Part shown: positions 24,303 to 36,720 of the stretch, one piece after another
How positions within the stretch are numbered: the stretch's first letter is position 1
How the letters are laid out: each line of letters begins with the position of its first letter
Origin: Chiloscyllium plagiosum
Lineage: Eukaryota
Reading direction: 5' to 3'
Assembly: GCF_004010195.1 (NCBI RefSeq)
Contig: NC_057719.1
Span: forward strand, 82,693,060 to 82,756,533
Length of the DNA: 63,474 nt
Notes under the pieces: model-generated
Told to the model about the DNA's origin: nothing
What the model saw: only the letters and a program-made list of their open reading frames with translations
Databases searched by the model: none
Position numbers and translations under genes: made by a program

Positions 24303-25391
24303 TAAGGCTTGGGGCTGGCTGTAGAATTCTCTGCCCCAGGGAGTAATGGCAGTTATGTCATTTCTGTGAGTTTAAGATTTTCTCTTTAATGAAAGGTAAT
24401 AAATCAAATTGCGTTGGCTAATCAAGACTTGCTCACAAGAGGAAACATCGTTTCAGCATCCATGATACTGTTGAAACACTCCAGGATCTTACACGTTTCA
24501 AAAAGATCCGCTCTCATTCTTCAAATCTCAATCTTCAATGGACATAGAACTCACATCCTGAATCCTTCCTCCCAAGACAGTACCTTATCCCAGGAATCAA
24601 TCAAGTGAACCTTCTCAGCACTACTGCTGACAACACATTTATATTCTTCCGTCAATAAGACCAAAGCTGCACACAGGACTGGAGACGTGGTCTCACCAAT
24701 GCTGCGTGCAAGTGTAGCAATACAGACTTACTCTTATATTCCATTCCCTTTGTAGTAAATATCATGACTCCATTTGTCTTCCCAGTCACTGTATGAGACT
24801 CTTTCCCAGGGTGGAGGGGTCAGTTACGAGGGGACACAGATTCAAGGTGCAAGGGGGGGGGCGGAGTTTAAAAGAGATGAATGAGACACATTTTTCACAC
24901 AAAGGGTGGTGAGTACCTGGAATGTGCTGCCAGAGGACGTGATGGTAGCTGACATGACAGCAGCATTCCAGAAACACCTGGACGAATACATGAATAGGAA
25001 GGGAATGGAGGGATACAGATTCTGTAAGTGAAGAGAGTTTAGTATGGAAGGCCAAAGGGCCTGTTCCTGTGCTGTATTGTTCTTCATTCTAAAACTTGCT
25101 GCAACTGCATTCTAACCTTTTCCGACTCATGTACCAGATCACCAGATCCTTCTGGGTCACAACATTCTGCAGGCTCTCTCCATTTCAAATAATATGCTCC
25201 TTTTCTGTTCTTCCTGCCAAACTGGCCAAGTGCATGTTTCTAACAGTAGACTGCATATGCCAGATTTTTCCCATTGAGTTAACCTGCAGATTCCTATAAC
25301 CACTTCCTGTTCCAATCTATCTCTTTTTGTGATCAGCAAAATTAGCAACCATTCATTTGGTCCTTTGATCCAATCTATTGATGCAGATATG

Positions 25392-26275
25392 TAGTGGACA
25401 GCGAAGAGGGTTACCTCAGATTACAATGGGATCTTGATCAGATGGGCCAGTGGGCTGAGGAGTGGCAGATGGAGTTTAACTCAGATAAATGCAAAGTGCT
25501 GCACTTTGGACAAACAAATCAGAGCAGGACTTATACACTTAATGTTAAGGACATGGGGAGTGTTGCTGAACAAAGAGACCTTGGAGTGCAGGTTCATAAT
25601 TCCTTGAAAGTAGAGTTGCATGTAGATAGGATAGTGAAGAAGGCATTTGGTATGCTTTCCTTTATTGGTCAGAGCATTGAGTACAGGAGTTGGGAGGTCA
25701 TGTTGCGGCTGTGCAGGACGTTGGTCCGGCCACATTTGGAATATTGTGTGCAATTCTGGTCTCCTTCCTATCGGAAGGATGTTATTAAACTTGAACGGGT
25801 TCAGAAATGATTTCCAAGGATGTTGCCAGGGTTGGAAGATTTGAGCTACAGGGAGAGGCTGAACAAGCTGGGGCTATTTTCTCTGGAGCATCGGAAGCTG
25901 AGGGGTGACCTTATAGAGGTTTATAAAATCATGAGGGGCATGGATAGGGTAAATAGACAAGGTCTTTTCCGGGGGTGTCCAGAACTAGGGGGGCATAGGT
26001 TTAGGGTGAGAGAAAAAAGATTTAAAAGGGACCTGAGGGGCAATTTTTACATGTAGAGGATGGTGCATGTATGGAATGAGCTGCTAAAGGAAGTGGTGGA
26101 GGCTGGTACAGTCAGCATTTAAAATGCGTCTGGATGGGTATATGAGTAGGAAGGGTTTAGAGGTATATGGGCCAAGTGCTGGCAGGTGGGACTGGGTGAG
26201 GTTCGGATATCTGGTCAGCATGGACTAATTGGACTGAAGAGTCTGTTTCTGTGCTGTACACCTCTATGACTTTGA
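25392..26275 (+). mobile_element. CR1/HER1-like LINE 3' end
   Basis: LQWDLDQMGQWAEEWQMEFN.DKCKVLHFG, RDLGVQVH and LVRPHLEYCVQFWSP, plus the 3' UTR. Confidence 0.92.
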
Positions 26276-26639
26276 TTCAATGAGATTGTAGATGGTTGAG
26301 AATATAGCACTGACCTCTGTGGCACTCTGCTAGGTACATCATGCCGTGAAAATGATTCATTTATTCTTACTTTGTTTCCTGCTAGCCAACCATGGTGCGC
26401 ACGGTGTTGTATTTCCCATGGATGTTAAGAGTAGTTGCTTTGTTCTTTGAGATGACGCCATATTGGATGTCTCCTGGAAATCCTGAAGCCTAAGCTGGGA
26501 TTCAAGGGACCAGGCCGAGGACAGAAATAAAAATTGGCTGTAAAGCTTTTGGGATGTTGTGAGATTGTGATAGGTGCTTTGTAAATGCATGTTTTGTTCT
26601 TAGACTAGTTCTCATTCCCCTGCTGCACTTCTACATTTA

Positions 26640-26858
26640 CAGGCTGTTCTGCTATAACGCACGGTTCTTCAACGCGAATTGGCTTTAACGCGATAGAAAA
26701 GTTTAGACCGTTATTTGTAGAAGGTGAACTTTCCTTACTTGTATTGGCTATAACGCGATTCTGGCCCCATTGGTTCAAATGGCGTGGCTGTTGCGCGATT
26801 TTCTTATAAGGCGAGATGGCACGAGAACGGAACTATTGCGTTATATCAGAACCAACTG
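26640..26858. mobile_element. pogo/Tigger-like MITE with a TA TSD
   Basis: TA|CAGGCTGTTCTGCTATAACGC...GCGTTATATCAGAACCAACTG|TA, a 21-bp imperfect TIR. Confidence 0.82.
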
Positions 26859-28149
26859 TATTTACAGCTTGTGCCTGCCTATCCATTTTCCTTCTGAATT
26901 CATTGATTGTGTCTATGTCCACTACCCTTGCAGGTAGTGAACTCCAGGTCATTACCATTCACTGTGTAAAAGCATTCCTCCTCACATTCTCCTTAGACCT
27001 TCTCCTCAGAGCCTTAAATCAGTCCTTGTACCACCCATCAGATAACAGGGAACAGCTTTCTTTTGTCTGCCTTATCTAAACTTATTATCTTCTTGTTGAC
27101 CTCTAACCAACCTCCCCTCAAGCATTTTTGCTTCAAGGAGATTGGGACCAGCTTCTCCAATATAATGTTGTATAACTAAACTCTTCACCCTGGGGGGTAT
27201 TCTGATAAAACTCCTCCACACCCTTACACTCTTGTGAAAATGTGGTGATCAGAACTAGACGCAATACTGTACTCATGGCCTAAACAGACCCTTATCAGCA
27301 TACTTTCCCCTACTTTTCTAATCTGTACCTCTACGAAGCCCAGTATCTGCTTCCTAATTATCCTCAGAAGTATGCCCTGTTACCTTCGAAGATGTTTGCA
27401 CACTCTTTAGAATTGTACCTTTATTCTAAATAGCCTCCCTCTACCTCTTTATGAAATTCTATTTGTCACTTACCTGTCTATTCTGCTCAGCTATATGGAG
27501 CAGGAACCTATCTGCTCATAATGTGTCGCAACGTAGACATCATGTCCATAATAATTCCTTCAGGTTTCTCTTCCTTTAACAAATGACTTCCAAGTTAAAA
27601 ATGCGATGATACTTGGTAACCAGAAAAAAACCCATCCCTGGTTGGGTGGGGGGGTGGGGGGGGGGAATGTCATGGGATAATCTGTATGTGTGGGGGGGTG
27701 TTTGGAAAATTAGAAACTGTTTTATTTATTTAGAATGTTTTAGAACCAGCGGTTCACTAGAGACTCTCACTGATGATGTTACCTAGTATGGTGACAAAAC
27801 CTCTGGAAACAAACCTTCCGGCTCAGCCAGCTAACTTACATCCATATCGTCAACCTGAGCTGCGAATCTTCTCAAAAACTTGTTTAGAATTGTATGCCAG
27901 TTCATTAAGGAGACTCCGTTAAGCTACAAAAGTAGTTATGTCCCAAACTTTGACAGAAACCTAAACTAAATTTATCATACTTGCCATATGGGACACACTG
28001 CTCTCACAGAGATTAATTAATTAAGCTTCTATTTGATTTTAAATTGAAACAATTTCAGTAATTAAGAGTAAGAAATAATTTATATCACTCAAATGGGAAG
28101 AGCAGCAGATGTTGATTAGGGAGTTATAAAATGACTTGTCTGATAGGAA

Positions 28150-28680
28150 CGATATTGTCATTAATAAGAGCAATATTAAGAGCAATGATACCCATCATGG
28201 TTCATTACTGTTAGCAATATTACAGGCCAGTAGTACCAGGGGACTTAAGATTGGAGACCAGTATAGTTGAAGACCTCTGCCATAAAAGGGCAACAATATC
28301 AGCCACAGTAATATAAGAGATCGGAAGCCAGAATATTAGAGGCTGCTACGGCTAGGGGACTGCAGAAATATCAGTGACTCGCAATATTAAAGGACAGTAA
28401 TATTAAATACATTTGTAATATTCAAAACTAGTTGTGAAGGTCTTCAGTAATAGTCAGCAAAGAAATATCTCCAGCCAGTGATATTACAAACCAATAATAT
28501 TTGGACTGCAGTAATATCAGAGGTTAATATATTAGAGACCATTAATATTAGAACATTGCAGGTGAACAATATTTGAGACCAGTGATAGATACCAGTAATA
28601 TTAGAGATCAGTGATATGCAAAACCAGTATTAGACACCAGTAATATTAGTGGTTTTAGTGACATTGGAGACCAGTAACTT
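28150..28680. repeat. Degenerate AT-rich minisatellite (CCAGTAATATTAGAGA-like unit, about 16 bp)
   Basis: Many recurrences of cagtaatatta, accagt and aatattaga. Confidence 0.7.
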
Positions 28681-30079
28681 TAAAGACACCTGTAGCGTGT
28701 CATGGTGTCTCAGTGGTTAGCACTGCTGCCTCACAGTGCCAGGGACCCGGGTTTGATTCCACCCTCAGGTGACTGGTTGTGTGCAGTTTGCACACTCTCT
28801 GCGTGGGTTTCCTCCCACAGTCCAAAGATGTGCACATTAGTTGGATTGGCTATACTAAGTTGCTTGTGGTGTGCTGACTAGGTGGATGAGCCATGGGAAT
28901 TACAGGTCAGGTTGTGAGTCTGTGTGGGAAAGGTCTTCAGAGGGTTGGTCTGGACTTGATGGACTGAATGGCCTGCTTCCACACTGTAGGGATGACAAGT
29001 ATTTGTATTGGTGATATCAATCAATTAGAAGTTTCAGTCTCCCCATAAAAAAAATCATTGTCAGTGAAATGTTACTTTAGTTGGGACTGCATAGCAGAGG
29101 AAGCATTATTTCTTCTGGTTTCTCAAGTTAAATTTGCTTGTTGAAATGTTGCCTTTGACCTTTTTCTGCTGTTGCTTCCCAGAACAGTGAGCACCACTGC
29201 AGAGACGGCACATTAAACTCATCAGCAGGAGGTTCTGCTGAGACAAGGTGTCACTAAGTGCTTCACTTTAGCTTTGCATGAGTCAGCATTTGTACAGCGT
29301 TCTTGTTTTACTTCATTAAGTTGGAGACATCATATGGCACCTTCCCTGTCTGGCAATACTTTACCCTATCTGTAATAGCGAGACCAATTATATTCATTAC
29401 TAAAATATTCCTGCATGGTTTGTCGCCATTTTTGTAACATTGAGACATGGTTAAATTGAGCAGCCTCAGTCGTATCATCTTCATGTTGGCAGTGGTGCAG
29501 CGACATTATTAAGACGCCTCTTACCCATCTCCCTGTGTAAACAGTGAGACCCAATTAGCCTCGATACTGAGCTTCCCCAGCCCACAAGCTATTCTGTCAC
29601 TGTCTACGGATCTAGGTTAGTTAGCTGTCCCAGTTTGTCGGTCTGTCAGTGAGACAGTGCTGAGGATGAAAGTAGTTTCCCATGCCCTGTCACCTTCCTG
29701 TCTGTGTTAAAGAATCTTGCATTTAAACAGAATCTGTTACAACCTTCCAGAGATGCTTTGGAGCTGATCACTCTTGTGGTGACTGTGATCTGCAGCTATC
29801 TATAAATCTCTGTGACTTCCAATGAAAATTTAACTGGAGAAGAAGGATTTTAGCTGGGTAAAACTGGTCACGTGTGGTAGCCTGAGATGCTTTGAAGTGT
29901 CCCACAGGGAAAGGAAATTTGAGCATTCAGTCATTGTATAACAATGTCTCAGGTAGTCCATGCTATGGGATTCCAGTGATCAAATCTTCTTAAGATTTGG
30001 CACCAATACAAAGAAAGCAGTTCATTTTAATAGCGTCTTCCACAATTTCAGGAGGATCCAAAGTGTTCCCGTAAGGGAA

Positions 30080-31030
30080 GATGGCAGAACAGTTGGGATG
30101 CGCCTGTTAATCCAGTGGCCCAAGTTGACACCCTGTGGACATGGAGACCAAATCCCTCCACAGCATCAGGTGGCATCTAAATTCTCTCAATAAAACAGGG
30201 AGTTGAAAACTGCTCTCAGTGAATGTGACCCACGAAGCTGTCACTCGGTGGGTTTGGAAACCCATCTGGTTCACCAGTCCCCTTCCTTTAGGGAAGGAAA
30301 TCTGCTGATGTCACCTGGCCAGGGCCGACATGTGATTCCACACCCAGAGCAGTACAGTTGACCAATGACAGGGCCTCAAGACCAACAGAGGTGGCACAGT
30401 GGCTCAGTGGTTAGCCCTGCTGCCTCACAGTGCCAGGGACCCAGGTTTGACTCCACCCTCCGGTGACTCTCCGTGTGGAGTTTGCTCATTTTCCTTGTAT
30501 CAGCGTGAGTTTCCTCTGGGTGCTCTGGTTTTCTCCCACAGTCCAAAGATGTGCAGGTTCGGTGGATTGCCCAGAGAATCCAGGGATGTGTACGTCAAGT
30601 GGATTGGCAATGCTGAAATGCCCATAATGTCCAGGGATGTACAGGTTGGGTGGGTTAGCCCATGGGAAATGCCAGGGTACAGGGATATGGGGGGGTCTGA
30701 GTGGGATGCTCTTCAAAAGGTTGGTGTGGATCCGATGAGCTGAATGGCCTGCTTCCACAGCATAGGGATTCTTTGATGAACTGTGACTTTATTGAAAACT
30801 GGCTCCAAGATGGGACCCCCCCCCACCCCGGTCTGTGGCCCTGTGGTAAAGGCCACGTGGTTACAGTAAGCCAGTGGACATATTGGTGTACCGTTACATT
30901 TTAGCCCAAACATGACTCTGAACTGCCCTCTGGAATGGTGTGGGAAATCATTTAGTTCAAGAGCAATTAGGCATAGGCAACAATTGCTGGCCTGATCAAT
31001 GTTGTCAACATCCTGTGAAAGAGTTAGAAA
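30080..31030 (+). mobile_element. Second tRNA-derived SINE family copy interrupted by an HE1 SINE (about 30390-30772)
   Basis: Core cccatctggttcac...tttagggaaggaaatctgc. Related copies are at about 15280-15600(-), 31720-32045(-), 32340-32670(+), 43735-44090(-), 49390-49710(-), 59660-60005(-) and 60070-60265(+). Confidence 0.7.
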
Positions 31031-33397
31031 AAAATTAAATGTCTTTGAAGTGTAATCGCTGTTGGAATAATACTTTGTACATATGTATCATGCTTAATGT
31101 AATAGAATGGCCTTCATATTCTCACAGGGTTATCATGAAACAGAAGATAATAGCAAGACAATACTAGACCAGGTGACAACTTAGTCAAAAGAGGTATGTG
31201 TTAAGGAGATGTAGGAAGAGAATTCCAGAGTTTGAGGTCTACGTTACCAAAGGTGAGGCCAGCAGCGATTAAAATCAATGTGCTCATGAGGGAAGCATCA
31301 GAAATTCCAGAGGGTTATAGGGCTACAGGGATGGGGCGGTGTGAGGCTATGGAGGGACTTGAAAAAGGATGAGAATTTTAAAACCAGATGTCGCTTGAGC
31401 CAGTGTCGGTCAGTGAGTGCAGAGACGATAGGCAAATGGCACTGGTCACGAGCTAAGTCACAGGCAGCAGGGTTCAGGGTGACCTTGAGTTTACAGAGAG
31501 GCAGGAATGTTGTAGACCAGCCAAAAGTGAATTGGAAAATGGTCAAGTGCAAAGGTAAGAAAGGCCTGAAAGAGGAGTGAGGTCAGCTAAGGCAGCAAAA
31601 GAAAGGAGTGGCATTCTTTGAACGAAGGAACTAGTGACACTTTTATTGTCACAATCCTCCCATTGTGAGGCCTCCCATTTATCACTGGATTAATACCAAT
31701 AACCCACTTTCGTTAGTTTTATGTTTATTCATTGAATGTAGGCATTGCTGGCAAAAGAGATATTTACTTTTCCCTCATAATTGTCCCAGAGCTGAGTGGG
31801 TTGCAGGGTCATTACATGGTGCAGTTAAGAGTCAGCCATATTGCTGTTATGCTGGAGTCACATATAGATCCGAATGGGTAAGGGCGGCAGATTTCCTTCC
31901 CGAAAGGACATCAGTGAACCAGAAGACAGTCACTGAGACTAGTTTTATCTTGCAGTTTTCTTCAGTGAAGAACGATCAGGTCCCCAAAGCATTAGCCTCG
32001 GCCACTGGACTAACGAGCCCAGTAACATTACCACCACACCACTATTCAACCAAAGTTGCCCCCTTCGGGGTATCAGTTTGTGGCAGGGTGGGAAAACTGT
32101 GCTAGGGATCCCCATCTGCCACTCCCCTGCCTAAGTCAATGCCCTCTCCCAAACCTACCACTGAGACAGCAGCAAGTTCCACCTCATGAGTCCTGGATCT
32201 ACCCATTGGTGGGTATGTCTTTCCAGCATCATCCCTTTTCTCATTGACTTTGCTGCAGTTTCCATGGTCTCTAATTCACCCTGGCATGTTAGATTCAAAT
32301 CCATTTCCCTTCCTAATCTATTGCAATGTGTATGAGTCTGACAGTGGTATTATCACTGGATTGTTTGTCCAGAAACCCAGATAATGTTCTAGGGGCAGGG
32401 TTCAAATCCCTGCTATGGCCGACAGTAGAATTTAAACTTGATTAAAAATCTTGAATTAAGAATCTAAAGTTGACCATAAAACTACTGTTGATTGTTAGGG
32501 AAAATGCATCAGGTTCACTAATGTCCTTTAGGTAAGGAAACTGCCATCCTTTCCTGGTCTGGTCCACATGTAACTGCAGACTCAATGTGGTTGATTGTTA
32601 ACAGCCCTCTGGGCAATTAGGGATGGGCATTAAATGCTGGCCTGGCCATATCCCATTGCTGAAAAAATTAGTAATGGAGCAAATCCAGGTCACCCACTCC
32701 CAAAGTGTACAATTCCATTGGACTGAACTCGTTCTCATCTATGTTAGATTTGTGAGAACAATCCATTGACATTCCTGATGCAGTAAACAAGCACTTTCTC
32801 ATACTTTTCTACATCAGTAGACTTCCACTGGACTAAACTCTAGTCACACTCACTCACATTACATTGGACTCAACTGGAGCAAACGTGTTCTCTTATGTTG
32901 AATTCCAGTAAGCTCAGATCCATTATATCCACTCCCATTATATAGATTTACTTGGATCAAACATTTTCCCACTCCAGCCTAATACATTCAATTGCAATCG
33001 ATCAAGGTACTTTCCACTTGCTGCCCTGATATTAGATTCCCTTGGGATAACTTGTGATGGTTAGCGTATTTGATATTCTTACTGACTAGACTTTAGTGAA
33101 GAATATACATTTGCTCTCACCCAAATTCTTTAATATTAATGGAGTAGTCTTTTACTGAATTCCTGCTGTCCAGGAACCGTAATCTAAAAATAATATTAAT
33201 CCCCAAGATTAATATTTTGGTTATGTCAAAATCACTTCTTTTAACATTTCTGATATTTTTGTAAGGTCCGTATTAATATTCTTTGAGCTGTTTTTGCTTT
33301 GAGTCATTCCCTAAATACAGGTAAACAGCCATGTACTTTTTAAAGATCTTATTTATTTCATGTAAGTCCTGACTCCTAATGTAAACTCTAATTAAAA

Positions 33398-33638
33398 CCA
33401 AAAGAACTGCCGATGCTGTAAATCAGAAACAAAAAGAGAGGTTGCTGGAAAAGCCCAGCAAGTCTAGCAGCATCTATGAAGAGAAATCAGAGTTAACATT
33501 TCAGGTCAGGTGACTCTTTCTCTGAACTCAGGTGAAATGTTCTGAGGAAGGGTCACCTGACCCAAAACGTTAATTCTGATTTCTCTTACAGATGTTGGCA
33601 GACCTACTGGGCTTTGCCAGCAACCTCTGTTCTTGTTC
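33398..33638. mobile_element. Fold-back Penelope-like terminal-repeat element of a different subfamily
   Basis: Inverted arms (gaggttgctggaaaagcccagca...tactgggctttgccagcaacctc) with the motif CTGAGGAAGGGTCACCTGACCCAAAACGTTA. Confidence 0.7.
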
Positions 33639-33699
33639 CTAACATAAGCTCGTTGCTTTATCTCTTCCTTTGTTGTGGTTTTGCTACAGTTTTTGTGAT

Positions 33700-34090
33700 T
33701 TTCCCTGAAGCGTCGGAGGCTGAGGGATGACCTTATAGAGGTTTATAACATCATGAGGGGCAATGATAGAGTAAATAGACAAGGGTTTTTTTCCCAGGGT
33801 GGGGAATCCAAAACTAGAGAGCATAGGTTTAAGTTGAGAGGGGAAGGATATAAAAGGGAGCTGAGGGGCAACATTTTCGCTCAAAGGTTGGTGAATGTAT
33901 GGAGTGAGTTGCCAAAGGAAGTGGTGGAGGTGGGTACAATTACAACATTTAAAAGGCATTTGGAGGATACATGAATAGGAAGGGTTTAGAGGGACATGGG
34001 CCAAATGCTCGATTAGTTTAGGAATCTGGTTAGCATGGACGAGTTGGACCAATGGGTCTGCTTCTATGCTGTACAACTCTGTGACTCTTA
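33700..34090 (+). mobile_element. CR1/HER1-like LINE 3' end
   Basis: GESKTREHRFKLRG...WSELPKEVVE plus the 3' UTR. Confidence 0.85.
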
Positions 34091-35368
34091 TCACTCAGTG
34101 ATTCACCCACTCTCACTTATTAGGATTGTATTGTACTTTGCTATACTGCCTCAGTTATGTTAAATCTGTATCAAATAAGTTCAGGTTTAGCAGGGGTATT
34201 GTGTCCTACACTGAATACCACATTTAGGCAGAGTGTGAGGGAACTAAAGCGAATGCAGAAAGAATTGCTGTGAGGTGCCGACTGATCTGGATGTCCCAGT
34301 GCATGGATAGCATAAGGTTAGTATGTAGCAAGGTACAACAAGTAATTAGGAAAGCTAGTAGAATGTCATCATTTGTTGTGAAGGGAACTGAACATAAAGG
34401 TAGGGAGGTGAGGGTCTGTTACACAGGGTACACATGAGATTGTATCTGGTGTACTATGGTCAAGTTCTTTCAAGGAAGGATTGGAGGCAGTTTAAAGGAG
34501 GTTTACAAGGCGAATACCTAAAATGATGGAGTGGTGTCTTGTAAGAAAAGGTTGGACAGGCTAGGCTCGCATCCGCTGAAGTATGAAGACTAATAGGTGT
34601 TTTGATTGAAACATGTAAGTTCTTGAGGCATCTTGACAGGATAAATGGAAGGATGTTTCCTCTTGTGGGAGAGTCTAGAACTAGGGATCATAGTTAAAGA
34701 TTAGGGGCCATCCACTTAAAGTAGAGAAGAACCAAAATGTTTACTCACAGAGGGCCATGGGTCTTTGAGACTTCCTCCCAGAAAAAGTGTCTTTGAATAT
34801 TTTTGAGACAGGGGTAGATAAACTTTCGACAAGCAAGGGGATTAAAGATTATCAGGAGTAGGCAGAAATGTGGATTAGAGATTGAAATCAGAGTAGTCAT
34901 TATAGTATTTAATGACAAGCACGTTCGAGGGGCTGAATGGCCTTCTGCTCCTGGTTTATGTGTTCACATGAGTCACAAGAGTAGCTCCTGGGATGGAATG
35001 ATCACAGAAAGCTACTGCCATTACAGACAACAGTTAGAGGGCACAGATTTAATTTTTAGACTAAAGGAACAATGCAGAACAACATTTTTTTAACAAAGTG
35101 AGTGATTAGGATCTGAAGTGCACTGCCCGAGAGTGTGGTGAGGATCCCGTCAATTGAGGTTTCCAGAAGGGAATGGGATCATTGTGGGAAAATCAAGAAG
35201 GTGCCAGTTACTGTAAGAAGACAGCGGATAGTGGGGCATTAGACAGATCACTCCTTCAGAGAGCCAGCACAGGCACAATGGAGTGAATGGCCATATTCCA
35301 TACTGTGACCATTCAGTGATTCCACCTTTAATCCTGACACTGAATTTGCTTTTCTTCTCCCGTTTCAG

Positions 35369-35431
35369 GTGTGTGGTTGTACTCTTTAATCCCAAGAAGA
35401 ACAAGCAGCACCATATACTAAATGGATCAAG
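35369..35431 (+). CDS. MAPKBP1: MAPKBP1 internal coding exon (63 nt): (G)CVVVLFNPKKNKQHHILNGS(R)
   Basis: Polypyrimidine tract and ttcag acceptor, AAG|gtagga donor, phase 2 at both ends. Translation resembles the MAPKBP1 segment CVVVLFNPRKHKQHHILNSSR as recalled. Confidence 0.93.
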
Positions 35432-35851
35432 GTAGGACATTGTCACCTCACAGATCAGTGTAAGGACCCAATCGCATCCTTCTAATTGATGTCAATTCAC
35501 TGAGGGGAAGCATTTGGTAGTAAATTCAACACACTCAGTGGACAGTTAAAGTGAGTGAGAGCACAGAGCAAAGGGATAGGACCACGACATTATGGAGCCA
35601 TTGCATGACACCCAATGCCTTTGGCATGGCACCTTGCTGGCAGGAGTGAATTTGTCCTTTTAACCCCAGAGTTTGGGGGGGGGTGCAGGGAGATAACAAA
35701 GTGGAGAATAGAGAAGGACATCAGCAGTAGGAGAAGAGGAAGTATACCTTTGTCTGGAACCAGTCCAGGAGATCACTTGAGCCATGTGTTATCTGTAATG
35801 CCTATTATCATTTATGTGATGGGATCTGATTTTAGCCTTCACTTCTTTCAG

Positions 35852-35909
35852 GAAAACCATCACAGCACTGGCCTTTTCTCCAGATGGCAAATACCTGGTC
35901 ACGGGTGAG
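35852..35909 (+). CDS. MAPKBP1: MAPKBP1 coding exon (58 nt): (R)KTITALAFSPDGKYLVTGE
   Basis: ttctttcag acceptor, GAG|gtgagt donor. Phase joins the previous exon (AG+G = Arg). WD40 motif. Confidence 0.95.
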
Positions 35910-36049
35910 GTGAGTTTCATGACCAAGTCCTTCTGCCCAGTTCCTACAATTTGTTCCTTGTGCCCTTGGCACAAATATAAGATAAACACTGATAAATCTA
36001 GCAGTAAGTTCACTTAAGGGCAAGCTAGGTAGGTAAATGATGGAGGGCG

Positions 36050-36720
36050 GGAGGCAATGGCCCAGTGGTATTATTGCCAGACTATTAATTTTGAGATCCA
36101 GAAAATGTTCTGGGGACATGTGTTTGAATCCTGCCACGGAAGCTGGTTGATATTGAATTCAAGAAAACTCTGGAATCAAGCAACTCTACAGCGTGGAAGC
36201 AGGTCCTTTGGCCCAACCCGTCTGCACCAACCCTCCAAAGAGTATTCCACCCAAACCTATTATTCTACATTTACCTGTCCTACACATACATCCCTGAACG
36301 CTATGGGCAATTTAGCATGGCCAATTCACCTGACCTACACATTTTTGGACTGTGGGAGGAAACCCACGCAGACACGGGGAGAATGTGCAAACTCCACACA
36401 AACAGTTGCCTGAGGCTGGAATCGAACCTGGCTCCTTAGCGCTATGAGGCAGCAGTGCTAACCACCGTGCTTCCCATACTGACCCGGGCGGCACAGTGGA
36501 ATCAAGGGTCTAATGATGGCCATGAAAGCATTCTCAATTCTTAGGGGGAAACCCGTCTGGTTCACTAATGTCCTTTATGAAAGGAAAATGCCATCCTTAC
36601 CTGGACTGACCTATATGTGACTGCAGACCCACAGCAATGTGGTTGACTGCCAACTGCCCTCTGGGCAATTAGGGATGGCCTAGCCAGTGATGCCCACATC
36701 CTGTGAATGAATGAATAAAA
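36050..36720 (+). mobile_element. Second-family SINE with a nested antisense HE1 SINE (36181-36496, TSD TGGAATCAAG)
   Basis: TSD at 36171-36180 and 36497-36506. The host SINE resumes after the TSD. Confidence 0.8.

Noticed and set aside
1..35368. Upstream MAPKBP1 exon (VTLEKVLG...YPAG)
   Set aside because: Not found by eye. It probably lies upstream of the window, though it could have been missed.
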